DNA from: Octopus bimaculoides
Taxonomy: Eukaryota
Direction: 5' to 3'
Assembly (NCBI RefSeq): GCF_001194135.2
Contig: NC_068988.1
Coordinates: 68,302,053-68,366,052 of the forward strand
Length of the DNA: 64,000 nt
Below the pieces are notes generated by a model. That model searched no databases. It saw only the letters and a list, made by a program, of their open reading frames with translations, and was not told the DNA's origin. A program made the translations under genes and the position numbers. This document shows positions 51,786 through 64,000 of the stretch, in pieces; within the stretch, counting starts at the first letter, position 1, and each line of letters opens with the position of its first letter.

Positions 51786-51952
51786 TTACGACGGGTTTCT
51801 TTGAGTTTCCGTCTACCAAATCCACTCACAAGTGTTTCGTCATCCCGAGGGTATATGAGAGTATACTCGCCCAAGATGTCACGCAGTGAGACTGAACCCG
51901 GAATCATGTCGTTGGGAAGCAAAGTACTTACCACACAGCCACTCCGGCGCCT
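51597..51952 (-). mobile_element. SINE family B with internal (CA)n and an internal deletion
   Basis: On the minus strand the head is 51952-51786, followed by the microsatellite, then ccccacatcgcttcacaactgatgttggtgtgtttac...cttagcggtt joined directly to ctccagcatggctgcaatc. About 80 bp present in the 61392-62015 copy is absent. Confidence 0.8.
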
Positions 51953-53779
51953 ATGTATGTATATGTTCTTTTTATTTTACTTTGTACACGATAGCGACTT
52001 CACAGATCCGACCTTGGGGCTTTACTATTTAAGGACTTGATTCATTTGAAGCCTGACATAAACACACACATACGAACTAACACACACACACACACACACA
52101 CATATACATACATATATATGTAAATATATGAATGTATGTATGTATGCATGTATGTATGTATTTATGCATGTCTGTGTGTGCGTGTGTGAGTGTGTGAGTA
52201 TCACCAGTGTGAGAGTCGACGTGACCGTACGAAATGCGGTTCATATGTATAATCAAATCATTGCATACTACAGTAAGTGGAATGACTTGGGGTAATAATC
52301 AAAACAAGATCCCTAGATGATCAGCAGGATATCAGACAGAAAAACATTCTAAATATTTGCAATAGTATGGAATTAATAGGAAGAAAGCGTCCTAATTTTG
52401 CTTCATTTGATCGCTCTAGAGTCTAAAATATTTTCAAGAAATATGCAGGATTTTAATAAATTTTTCAATGTTGAAAAATGATTTCGATAAAACGATAATT
52501 GTTTTTATATAGTGAGAAAATTAAGCTTTGAGATAGTGAAATATTTTTGTTATATTTAGATTCTAAGCAAGCTCTTCCAACATACAAGATGTTTTCTTTT
52601 ATACTGAAGGACGAAAGAAGATAATAATATCTTAAACGAATATGACAGTGCAGCATGAAATATCTAAAGGAGAGAAACGAATAGAACGTTGCTGTTTACA
52701 TAAGCAGAGCAATAACGTTTGGTATTAAACTATTCTCAAGATGTATTGATTATAGACAATAATCTGAAATGACAGATACTCTATTTTCTTGGCGATAGAT
52801 CATATCTTTTCTCCGTGCAACAGTGTACGATGAAAGCTGAAGCAAGTAATATTCACTGTCCCACTTCAGATGTGTTTTACAGAGAAACTACTCTTCATGG
52901 CATTTTAAATATTTTGCATTCAATTTTTTTTTATATTTAAGTTATAACTCAGGTCTTTTTACTTTCCAAACTTACTTATTTCAAAATGTGGATTATGTTA
53001 ATTTCTTTTACATGAATGACTGCGCAACAAAGGCGTCGAACAATAGGTACGCATTTTATTGACACAATGAAGTAACGCGTTTGTTAAAAGCTTTTAAACC
53101 ATGCCGAAATATAGGCAGCCACCAACTAATACTAAAGTAATAATAATCTCGCCAGCATCTAAAGTCCAGTGTCGTCACTCATTATGCTCGCTACAAAGAA
53201 AGAAACATCACTTCAAAGAATACCATCTATTCTGTTGTGGGGAAATGAACTTGTTTTTAAAATGCAAACTGAATGCAAGAAATGCCATACAAACAATTAA
53301 TGTAGTGTAGTACTTTTATTAATTTATGGTGCAAGAATCATTAAGTGAATTGAAGGATATTAGCATAAAGGTCAGGAATTAGTTTACAATGCACAGCTAA
53401 TTCACTCCCGATCTGATGCGGACAATTATACTGGAAAATAACAGGCAAAAGCTGGAGACTAATGAGTGTTGAAAGGGTTAGTAGAACTAGAGAAAGGAAT
53501 TCTAGCTTTCTACTGAGAAGAAAAACGTCTATTTAAGGAACTTGTACAGAGCGTTTTCCAAAAATTACAAAAGAATTAAGGAATGATAAGAACCGCTGGC
53601 TCGAGTTAATGAAGGGAATACTGAAGAAAGAAATTTTAAATTTGATTAAAATAATGGTAAATAAGCAGGAGTATTCATCTAAATACAGAATATGCAATGA
53701 TACAAATGAGACTACACGCTTCATTTTACTTCAATGCTGAATGCTCATAGTTATTCAGAATAGATACAAAGAATTCTGA

Positions 53780-54000
53780 CATAAGGTTACTGCAATAATC
53801 CTCACAGGAATTTTGTAAGTTTCGTTATGCCTTCACAGAATAGAGCTATGTCCATTCATTCGGAAAAGAACAGAAAGTGATCGAAAACGATGGAATGTGG
53901 TTGATATGAGTCTCATCTGAAGAAACCGGAAGAAGTATAGGGCACATCCTCGATACTGTAGACATCGATTCAAAAATATATCTTGTAACCGATACGACAT
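53780..54000 (+). mobile_element. Decayed RLE-LINE 3' end
   Basis: KVTAIILTGIL resembles the KVVPIVIGALG motif and EV*GTSSIL*T resembles the LLGTARILRK C-terminus. Confidence 0.3.
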
Positions 54001-54352
54001 GCCAATTTGATACCCCAGTTAAGAAAACGGAACAAAGTAGACATTTATACCGAACTGCAATTTAAAAATTGCAAATGCTAGAACAATGAAGCTAAAATTA
54101 TCCTAAGGCCATAGCTACTATTACTAAGAATTTGAGGGAAAACATTGGAAAACTTCCTTTTTATCTGCTTTCTGCTGTGCAGAAAGAAAAAAAAACCTTT
54201 AATTGGTTCAAGAATGTTCACGATGCATAATATTGCTTGATATTGAGAACGGAAAGTTACAATATAGAAGAGAATCGGGAAACTGCTTCTTATTCTAGAC
54301 ACTGTTAGAAAGCCAAACTTAGTTGGTTAAAATATCAATACTATGTATTAGT

Positions 54353-54480
54353 ATGATGATGATATTGATGATCATCATCATCGTCATCATCATCATCATC
54401 GTCATCATCATCATCATCATGAAGTGGTAGACTGTGTTGATGACCATGACGATGACTACGATGATGATGTTGATGAAGAT
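54353..54480. repeat. (GAT)n/(CAT)n/(GAT)n self-complementary trinucleotide tract
   Basis: Direct reading. Confidence 0.9.
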
Positions 54481-57168
54481 TCATTATCATTTCGATGTCA
54501 GAATTAATCGTACGTAATAACGTTTATAACATTTCCGTTTACTTGGCGTTCATTCATTTATAGACGTTCTTCCTATTTCATTCTATTCTATTGAGTTGTC
54601 CTATCTTTCTAGTCTACTATGATTTGGCATTGAAGCTAGTGAAGCGTAATGTTCCATGTAATATTCACTTGGATTGAAATTTGCCCTTCTTTATCGTAAA
54701 AAGTAAAATTTTGTTTATTTAGTTTCGGGATATAAATTAGGATGTTGTTCTAAGCTATGCCAAAGGTTCCTAATTGTTCATAGAATCGTAAGAACGCTGT
54801 CATGACATACTGCGTGCCTTTGACATTTTTGGATCCGGTTGTGCCCACACCTCTTGACTAATGATCATACGCGTTTTGCTTTCCAAAAAGATGAAATGCC
54901 AATAATAAGGCTGCGGAAATCTGACCGGTTAGATTTGAACCTTGAGCATATAGAATTGCAATGGTTACTACAAAGTAATAATACTTCTACTTAATGGCCC
55001 TACCAGTTGTGCACCTTACCAAATAAGCAGCGAAATGGCCAATAGAGAAACTCAAATGAATTGGTATTAATATATATTATTATGGACGTAATACTACATC
55101 TACTTCATAGCATCACATTCCTTCAAGACTTAACGCTTGTTTTTATTGTGATATCTATTAATTTTCTATATTTACTGTCTAGACACCCTGAAATTGGCTT
55201 CCAATTCTTTTTTATGAATATACAGATATCTTCATATGTCTTACTAGAAGAGGTAAGCTGTATCGAATACTGATGCTTTAAGTTGATTTGGTACTTAAAA
55301 TGAAAAGGAAATGGTTTGAATAATTTTGTTTATCCATTCAAAACATATTTATATAATTCTTCAAAGCAGAATATATTACGACGAACACATTATGAAGGAC
55401 ACACATCTTTCCATCTAAATGTATTAGTACTTCCTGTTTTTTCAGGAATTTAAGTGCGATATACAGGATGTTTATTGAAGAAAATCAATAAGTGGAAGGC
55501 GACTGCTGGAGCAAATCATTTGCTTAGATTAATCTTTATGTTTTGCAAAAGTTGTCAGCGGATGAATGTAGCCGTGACAAAGTCAAAGTTGGAGGCAATA
55601 ATTTCATCGAGAATCAGTAAATAGTAACAATTCCGTTAGCGAGAAGATATTAGAGATGGCTCCATAAGACACATAGCGGTAATACACACATATATAAGAA
55701 ATATTTAGCAAGAAACTGATGTGGGACAACAGACCGAAATATATTTGCTGTACAAATCAGTGTTTCGCAACTCAACTTCGTCGCAAATCAGTATCCCAAA
55801 ATAATATACTTGTTTTCTAATCTTCCTAGCGATCCACGAAACTTAGATTGCCCTTAAATCATTACTAACATTATTTTCTGTAATGAAACAATTGGGAAGC
55901 TGACTTTATTTCCGTTTAACTTCCGAATATATTGATGAACTAAAAAAATAGAATCGCAAAATAAAGAATGAAAATATTTTCTAATACTTCACTGCATAAA
56001 ATAAACCTCATGTGCAATGCTACCTCTCCTACTGGTTAAAAAAAGAACATCGAAATATTTGACTTCCAAATTAATGTGATAAGACCTCAGGCTATTGAAT
56101 TTGTACATGATAAAAAAAAATCGTTTTTTTTATGTCACACAGGATGAAGTAAAATATATTGAATGTAGCCAGCAGACAGAATAGATTTAAGAGTGATAAA
56201 TATGTATGTGTAATTTATAAACTGCCTTGTTAGTGATTGATAATAATTCATATAATATTTACATGCTAAAATGTTGCACAATAATTTGCCATTGATGCAC
56301 AGTATATATTTACATTTTGGAAACTCACACTATTCCTAGAATATGTACTTGTCGCATGTTTGAATCATTTTGATTAGATTCATGTCCTAATAGCCACTTT
56401 TTCTCTATTTTTGTGTATATTATATAATAGTTTTTTCTTGTGTGTATAGGGCAATGAGAAAGTCGTTGTCCTACGTGTATCATAGATTAGGCTGTATTCA
56501 GTAATAGAAGCAGGGTGGTTTTATAATTCTGAGTATGCAATATTACAATCTGTTTGTGCAATTGCTCATAATTAGTAATAGACGTTGAAGTTTCTGTCGA
56601 AAAGGAAATATATATTTTAGATAATTAATATGGTCCATTAATAGTGTCTAGACCGTTTATGGGAGATATTTATTTTATCTAAAATTGTTGTATTATGTAA
56701 CATTTAAAATGTTCATAACAATGGTGTCCAATTCACCAAATGGTTAGCGTGTCAGATAAAATGGCTCGTGTTGCTTTTTTCGATTCACTGCTATTTCAGT
56801 TCAAATCCATTTGAGTCAACATTGCCACTAATCATTTCAGGGCCGCCTATGAGCACAATACCAGTCCTAGAGAGTAGATTGGCAGAATTGTATGAGAATC
56901 GGAGGGAATGTGTTCCATAGTTGTTCTGACGTCACCTATTCTAAGTTCTCATTTCATCTCATATCACTAATCTGCTGCTGACAGGAAACAAGTCTTTCAT
57001 GTACTAGATACCAGCGTTCATTTTAATAGCTTTCCTTATTTTGATTTATATTTGATCCACTTTCTCCCTATTTATATTTACAGACTTTTGCTCACTGTAA
57101 GTCAAAGACACCATACTGATCGCTTCAGCCTATCATTTGTCCCCCATTCTCTAAGTATGTGTTTCTCT

Positions 57169-57483
57169 AAATTTGAACTCAGAATGTAAAGACAGACGAA
57201 ATGCCATCTAGCATTTTTTGCCAACATGCTAATGATTCTGCCATCTCAGCGTCTTATATGCTTTCTGTAATAACGGCTTCAAATTCTGGCAAGAAACCAG
57301 AAATTGCAGGGGATGATGAAAGTCGATTACATCCACGCTAGATCTTATTTGATACTAATTTCATCGATCCAGATAGAATGGAAGGTAAAGCCGACACTAG
57401 CGGCATTTGAACTCACAACGTAAACTCGAAAGAGCCGCTGTTGAGCATTTTTCCGGCGCGATAACAATTCTACCAGCTCGACG
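57169..57483 (-). mobile_element. Two adjacent SINE family A fragments (57169-57253 and about 57305-57483)
   Basis: aaatttgaactcagaatgtaaagacagacgaaatgcc...gctaatgattctgcc and gtcgattacatc...gaatggaaggtaaagccgac...atttgaactcacaacg...ctaccagctcg both match the 14173 copy in reverse. Confidence 0.75.
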
Positions 57484-57824
57484 TTTATGCTTTTGTGCAA
57501 TATTGCCTCGTTGTTTACGCTTGTTTGCGTAATATGCAGTATAACAGCAACCATTAGCAGAAGTGTTTAATCAGCAGTAAATCACTATTTTCATCCTATG
57601 ATATATACTTAATACCTCGTACATGTCTATTTGTCCCTGTATAATTACGTGTCCATCTTTTATCTTCAGTTTGCACTCATTTGCATTTGTAAGAAGTATC
57701 TGGTGTTCGAGTGCTTTACACTGGTTAAGTCGTTGGAGTTTAAGGACTCGATCAATCTAATTAGTAATTTCGTGCTTGCATCAGGATCTTATAACCACAG
57801 TAAATACACATACACACATCTGTA

Positions 57825-57878
<54 letters not shown>

Positions 57879-58074
57879 TACATATCTCTCTCTATATATA
57901 TATACAGTCGTACATATATGTGTGTGTGTAGAATTAATACGGGCAATGGTGTGCAATGTGTAACCAACAAAGGAAGCCATATTTGTCATCAAATATGACT
58001 GAGTGTGTTAGAATACCTGCATTGCTAGAATGTAGGCGTTCTAACACCCTTAGTCGTATTTAATGACAGTTATA

Positions 58075-58088
58075 AATATATATATATA

Positions 58089-58136
<48 letters not shown>

Positions 58137-58198
58137 CGCGTACATATGTTTAAGTTTAGCTATACACTTATACACGTACATAAATATACATATGTGTC

Positions 58199-58265
<67 letters not shown>
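58075..58265. repeat. (TA)n/(TG)n microsatellites
   Basis: Direct reading. Confidence 0.9.
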
Positions 58266-59440
58266 TAATCACGTTCTATCTCTGCAGTTAGCAGAGTATA
58301 ATGTCGTACTCCTTGTGAATCTGAGTTCTTTATTGACGCCTCGTTTATAAATTGCGTATACATATATAGAATAATAAATAATAAATTACGTATACATTAA
58401 CAGAATAATAAATTATAAATACATTAATAGAATACATTAATAAAATAAACTGTCAGTTTTCCAACTAGCGAATGAAAGCTTAAAAGAGAAAGTGAGAGAC
58501 TTTGCAAATGAGAATGCATTACTCCGCAGTGAATGCAATGAATACTTAAATTTGAGAGAAATTGGAGTTTAAAAAATTCAAGAAACCCGAGAAATCGAAA
58601 TAATAGGAAATTTCTTAGAACATGAATTTCTAAAATTATCTCCAGATGGTCAACCCCTTAATAATTGTTTTCTTTTAGTACTTTTAGTAATTGTTACATA
58701 CGTAATTTCAGAGTTAGTCGGAAAAATCTGGAGTAGCATTGGAAGATAATGTTCTTTGCTATTTTGAATCTATATGTCTGTATGTATTTATATATGTGTG
58801 TATATATGTGTGATGAATTTTTGAAGGATCGGTTAGAGGGAGAAAGCAGGAAAAAAAGAAAGATTAACACAGAAAGATAGAAAGAAGGAGAGGGAGAAAA
58901 GATAAAGCCAGAAATGGAAGACAGAACTAGGCCTTTTTCTGGGCCCGTTGAAATTGATGAAATCTTGTTATCTAGCTGTAGAAAATAAACTCTATCAAAT
59001 TTCATTTGAAAGATTTTACTTATGTGTGTGTGTAATTAAGTGTATGTGCGTGAGTGTGTTTGTTATATGTTGCTTGCTTAAGCGAGTTCTTCCAGTCATT
59101 TTAGTAACGGTAATGAGGACATTTTAATAAGGATTTCTCATATGTTCATGCATATATATATATATATATATATATATANNNNNNNNNNNNNNNNNNNNNN
59201 NNNNNNNNNNNNNNNNNNNNNNNNNNNNNNNNNNNNNNNNNNNNNNNNNNNNNNNNNNNNNNNNNNNNNNNNNNNNNNNNNNNNNNNNNNNNNNNNNNNN
59301 NNNNNNNNNNNNNNNNNNNNNNNNNNNNNNNNNNNNNNNNNNNNNNNNNNNNNNNNNNNNNNNNNNNNNNNNNNNNNNNNNNNNNNNNNNNNNNNNNNNN
59401 NNNNNNNNNNNNNNNNNNNNNNNNNNNNNNNNNNNNNNNT

Positions 59441-59900
59441 ATAGTTTTAGTTGAGATAAGAATTTTTTGAGAAAATGTATTTCCGTTCTCTTTGAGTATT
59501 TATTTTGGTGTGTCACTTCGGCATTTGTAGAAGGGAACGATCTTGAATCTGCTCTTTCCACATATCTCCAGATGCTTACTCAGCGGATTTTGTGCAATTC
59601 TTTTTGTATGACGTGTTGTCTGTGGGTTCTTGCATATTGGCAAAGGGAATTGCTGGTTTCGCCAAAACAATTTTGTTTAAAATTGGGTGAGGTTATGCAG
59701 TGTATGAGATTTTGTGTCTTGCAGATCATATCTGCATTTACGCGGAAGGATAATACAAACTTATATTTTATATGGGAACCATTATTCGAACATTTGAAGC
59801 TGTTGTTGTTACATGTTCTACACCTGTTATCTCTTCAATCCTTCACGGAGAATTCTGACTTTCCTCTGATGTGTATTTCTCCACGTCTAACCAAGTCTTA
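59441..59900 (-). mobile_element. Penelope-like element, GIY-YIG endonuclease C-terminal fragment
   Basis: The minus strand reads NRCRTCNNNSFKC..ADMICKTQNLIHCITSPNFKQNCFGETSNSL..THRQHVIQKELHKI/SKHLEICGKSRFKIVPFYKCRSD..FLKKFLSQLK. This matches the PLE CxxC..NLIYxIxC..YIGET..RxxxH..HL..F pattern and ends in (TA)n and a gap. Confidence 0.8.
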
Positions 59901-60513
59901 AAATATTCACTAAACACATACTTAAACATGCACATATATACACACATATATCCACCCAACAAATTTATACATAGAATACGAACTCCCAATTCAACACAAA
60001 AATAACATAGAACTCGCACTCCCAATTCAACACAAATGTTTTTCAACTTACATAGATATAAAAGGGGTAAATTTTCTGTTAAAATATCTGTTATTAAGTA
60101 TACAAAAGAATATCTGAAACGAATATCAAAGCGTTAAGTAAATAATAATTCCGATTAGCTCCTTTTTCTTAATATATAAATTCTCTATACAACTTGAAAC
60201 GATATCAATATAGTAATAATATTAACAATAATGATAATGATTATGGTATTTGTATGTGTATATGTATATTATATACACATGCACACACACATACACACAT
60301 ACACACACACACACACACACACANNNNNNNNNNNNNNNNNNNNNNNNNNNNNNNNNNNNNNNNNNNNNNNNNNNNNNNNNNNNNNNNNNNNNNNNNNNNN
60401 NNNNNNNNNNNNNNNNNNNNNNNNNNNNNNNNNNNNNNNNNNNNNNNNNNNNNNNNNNNNNNNNNNNNNNNNNNNNNNNNNNNNNNNNNNNNNNNNNNNN
60501 NNNNNNNNNNNNN

Positions 60514-60546
<33 letters not shown>

Positions 60547-61391
60547 GTATGTATGTATATTTGCGTACATAATCAATACGTAATTAAACATTACTTGTTT
60601 ATTTTTTTCATCAGTCTAAGTTATTTCTATATTTTGTAGAGCCATTAAGACTATCAACTTATAAGAAATACTTTCGCCGAATTTGAGTTACATTTCAGTT
60701 TAGGAAGTGCATGTAGTCCACACTATGAAATTATTTCCTCTGATAAGTATCATGAAATATATTATTTACATATCGTAACCACCAGTATTTCTAAAAGCCC
60801 CTGCTGCATATTCATTGTACCATAGTATAAGCAACATGTCTTACATATGATACATTTGTAACACATCACATTAATAAATTCCATAATTCATGTGTTGATG
60901 CTCAGTCCATTAAATTCCGTGATATAGCTGGATGGTAAGTTACAGTGTTATGTCAGAGAATGATGAAAGAAATAAAAACAATACTAGATAACTAATATTC
61001 CAGTTTCGTAAGCATGACATTAATCTGAAGGGTATTCCGTCTTGTCTGAAATCGATTGTACTAGTCCTTTGTTAATATATTGTTGTGGACCATATGTGCT
61101 CAGATTTGCAGGATATGGCAGAATAAATTCTGAACACACGAAAAGTTGTTAAATGTTCCGTTATTAAGCGTATTGTTTTTATATATATTTCGAAGATGTT
61201 TTCTGTTTTTATGATTACTTTGGTAGTATTATCAATACAATGTATGAAGCGGAGAGCTAGCAGTGGAGTAAGCACGTCGGACAAACTGCATGTGTGTATG
61301 TATTGATGTGTATATCTCTCTAAACATATGTAGGTGCGTGCGAATGTGTGTGTGTGGGGGTAAACATATTAAATATATATTAAAGTATAAA

Positions 61392-61636
61392 CGTGTGGCT
61401 GTGTGGTAAGAATCGTTCTTCCCAATCACATGGTTCCGGGATCAGCCGACAGCCTGGCACCTTGGGCTAATGTGTTCTACTATAAGTTCAGACCGACCAA
61501 ATGCTTGTGAGTTGATTTGGTAAACGGAAACTGAAAGCAGCCTGTCGTGTATGTATATGTATGTATGTATGTACGTATGTATGTATGTATGTATGTATGC
61601 ATGTATGTATGTATGTATGTATATATATATATATAT

Positions 61637-61710
<74 letters not shown>

Positions 61711-61753
61711 GCATACATACATACATACCTATATACATACATACATACATACG

Positions 61754-61790
<37 letters not shown>

Positions 61791-62015
61791 CAGTGTGTGT
61801 GGTTTTTTGTTTGCGTTCGTCCCCACCACCGCTTGACAACCAGTGATGATGTGTTGACATCCTCGTTACTTAGCGGTTTGAGAGAGATATCAATAGAATA
61901 AGTATTAAGCTTAAAAAGAAGTATTGGAGTGGATTTATTCGACTAAAATTCTTCAAGGCGGCGTCTCAGTATGGCTGCAATCTAATGACTAAAGCAAGTA
62001 AAAGATAGAGATAAC
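61392..62015 (+). mobile_element. SINE family B, full length, with internal compound microsatellite
   Basis: The tRNA-like head gtggctgtgtggtaag...catggttccgggatcag...caccttgggc...gaccgaccaaatgcttgtgagttgatttggtaaacggaaactgaaag is followed by (TATG)/(GATA)/(CATA)/(TA) at 61548-61790. The 3' half reads cgcttgacaacc...cttagcgg...cttcaaggcggcgtctcagtatggctgc...aagtaaaagata. Reverse tail fragments also occur at about 495-530, 24270-24325 and 63780-63840. Confidence 0.85.
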
Positions 62016-62639
62016 TTACAAATATTTATTTACAACTATAGATAAAACACAAACATATCACATCCTACGAAACAAATACTGAAGTATCATCAGATGAATT
62101 TTCTTTAAAACTAATGAAGCTAGTGTAAAACATACTTAACGTATGGTGTCAATACAATTAAATGAATTAAATCTATAGCCGTATGAGGAGAAATAAACTG
62201 TACCTTTTTGATGAATATGAGTTAACATTTAAAAGAGACATGCCCGTGCTGTATTATTCCTTGAAATATACGTAGATAGAACATTGACTACACAGTAATA
62301 TACTAAAAACCTCACAAAATTTAATATTTTATAATTTGTTCTTTTTACTTGTAAAACAATCACATATATAAGATCTTAGCAACAATTATAGATACAACTC
62401 TTAAAGTTTATATACATTCACAGTTTTGATTCTCTTTTAGGAACCAATAATCAACTTGTCAATTTTCATATAATCTTTCCGAATGTGTTTACAGCATCTG
62501 TCTATAGTCTCACATTTATCCAATAATTTGTTATTACGCAAATATATTTACACCCGTATTATGAACAAAAATAACAAAATGACTTGTTTAAAGACATTTG
62601 TTTTTCAATATTTTGCTGTATGTTCTTTCTGGATTCAGT

Positions 62640-63085
62640 TCATTTCAGAGAACAAGTAACACTACCATCATAGCAATGCACTGACCTTCCTGCCACTCTT
62701 CCATTAGTGATTTTCCTAGGAAAAACTTACACATTTTTACATCATGTTTCTTACGATTCCCAGTTTAACTGCAAGTAGTTAAGTGGAGAAAGCACAAAGT
62801 GCCTTTTCACTCTCTTCCTACATCCAGGATGGGAAAATCTATCAATCATCTTTTCAACTTGCTCTTTGTAGTTCAAAGCTTTTGTATTTTCACGGTATTC
62901 CAAAGAATTCCGGACTTCAAACTTCACTTCAGGCGTAGACTTTCGAAAGTGTCAATTTTCATCAAATTCTTCAATTTGCGTTCCAGTAATTGCACCCAAG
63001 TGATAATTTTATTTCATTTACAGCTAGATATTTTGACGCAAGTATTTCAAAGCAGTTATATGTTTATTGAGAGCATTTACAATGA
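62640..63085 (-). mobile_element. Chapaev3-like (CMC superfamily) transposase C-terminal remnant
   Basis: The minus strand reads LGAITGTQIEEF..ENTKALNYKEQVEKMIDRFSHPGCRKRVKRHFVLSPLNYLQLNWES*E../MEEWQEGQCIAMMVVLLVL. This follows the Chapaev3 pattern GIFVGPQIR..NxKAxNY..LGCxMSxKxHFLxSHLDxFPxNLG..MExRxQG..MMADYCW. Confidence 0.65.
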
Positions 63086-63115
63086 ATAAACAAATAAATA
63101 AATAANNNNNNNNNN

Positions 63116-63135
63116 ATATATAGATAGATAGATAA

Positions 63136-63192
<57 letters not shown>
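63116..63192. repeat. (GATA)n microsatellite
   Basis: Direct reading. Confidence 0.95.
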
Positions 63193-64000
63193 CGTTGAAT
63201 TTACGTTTTATTTGTTTCTCTCAGAGGATATGGACTGAAGCTATGCTAGGAGATCATCTTAAAGGGCTTTTCCAAAGAAATCTAACACTGCATTTCATTT
63301 TTTTTTTATTTTGATTCATATTCTAACGGACATCTTCCATCGAACCACTTTTTACGGATTCATACAAAATCCAACAGTAGAATGAAATGGAAGAACATTC
63401 AGTTGCCGTCAACCAAATACATTCACAGGGTTTTGATAGTAGAAAACATTTGCCCTATGTGCCGCGTATTAGTTTCATGTATCGTGGTTAAACGACTACT
63501 AGATATAGCAGTATTACAAGTTATGATCAGCAAGTTCATTCTAAGCTTATTCCCTGGTTAACCGTTGTGGATAAGCGTCTTATTGCAATTGTAGCTCCCA
63601 ATACAGAATTCTAAACAAATATAATGGTAAAAGGCACGTAGAAAACATTGGGAAAATGATATACAATGGCTTCTGAGCAATTAGAGTAACAAGGAATAAA
63701 ATTTAGATACCTCAATATATCGAGTAAATGTTATCTATCTTCATAAAGAAACTTAAGTAAAATTTTAATAGTTATTCTTTTATTCATTTTCTCGTTTCAC
63801 TCATTTGTCTGAGGACATATTGGAGCACCGCCCTAACGGGATTTAGCCGAATGTTTTCATGTCTAAATTCCCCCTCCCCTTTTCTAATGAAACAGTAGTA
63901 CAGTCGAGATTTGTGAAAGAGGTACCTGCAATTAGTACTTTTCAGTGTAGTACATTCCATTTAGTGCTGAACAACTAGAAGTGATACAAACATATATATA

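Noticed and set aside
62799-63089. + strand 96-aa ORF (also 13830-14123, 14474-14978, 39608-39913 and 59467-59901)
   Set aside because: These are antisense or off-frame shadows of transposon coding remnants.

Overview
AT-rich, repeat-dense animal genomic DNA. The SINE families and the short-read gaps at microsatellites suggest a coleoid cephalopod (Octopus-like); this is inferred from recalled repeat families, not a search. I found no intact protein-coding gene, rRNA, true tRNA, CRISPR array or prokaryotic system. Most six-frame ORFs are artefacts of microsatellites and the 12 N-gaps (1886-2855, 4735-5667, 7809-8516, 8984-8993, 10027-10036, 15459-15639, 31772-31946, 36626-37159, 51098-51122, 59179-59439, 60324-60513, 63106-63115). 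What the sequence does support is a set of decayed transposons: R4/Dong-like RLE LINEs, a second RLE-LINE family, CR1-like and Penelope-like fragments, two mariners, a DD37D maT element, Tigger-like and Chapaev3-like transposase remnants, a non-autonomous Helitron and at least four tRNA-type SINE families. The most notable structures are a minimal hammerhead ribozyme (32063-32122), a Helitron carrying a 117-nt near-perfect hairpin (3145-4059), a mariner built from two 5' halves fused tail-to-tail (18509-19341), and R4/Dong-like LINEs abutting (TAA)n. Weak candidate promoters and exons on the + strand hint that the window could be the 5' or intronic part of a long host gene, but this is unproven. 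I did not find convincing evidence for a wholly new biological system.
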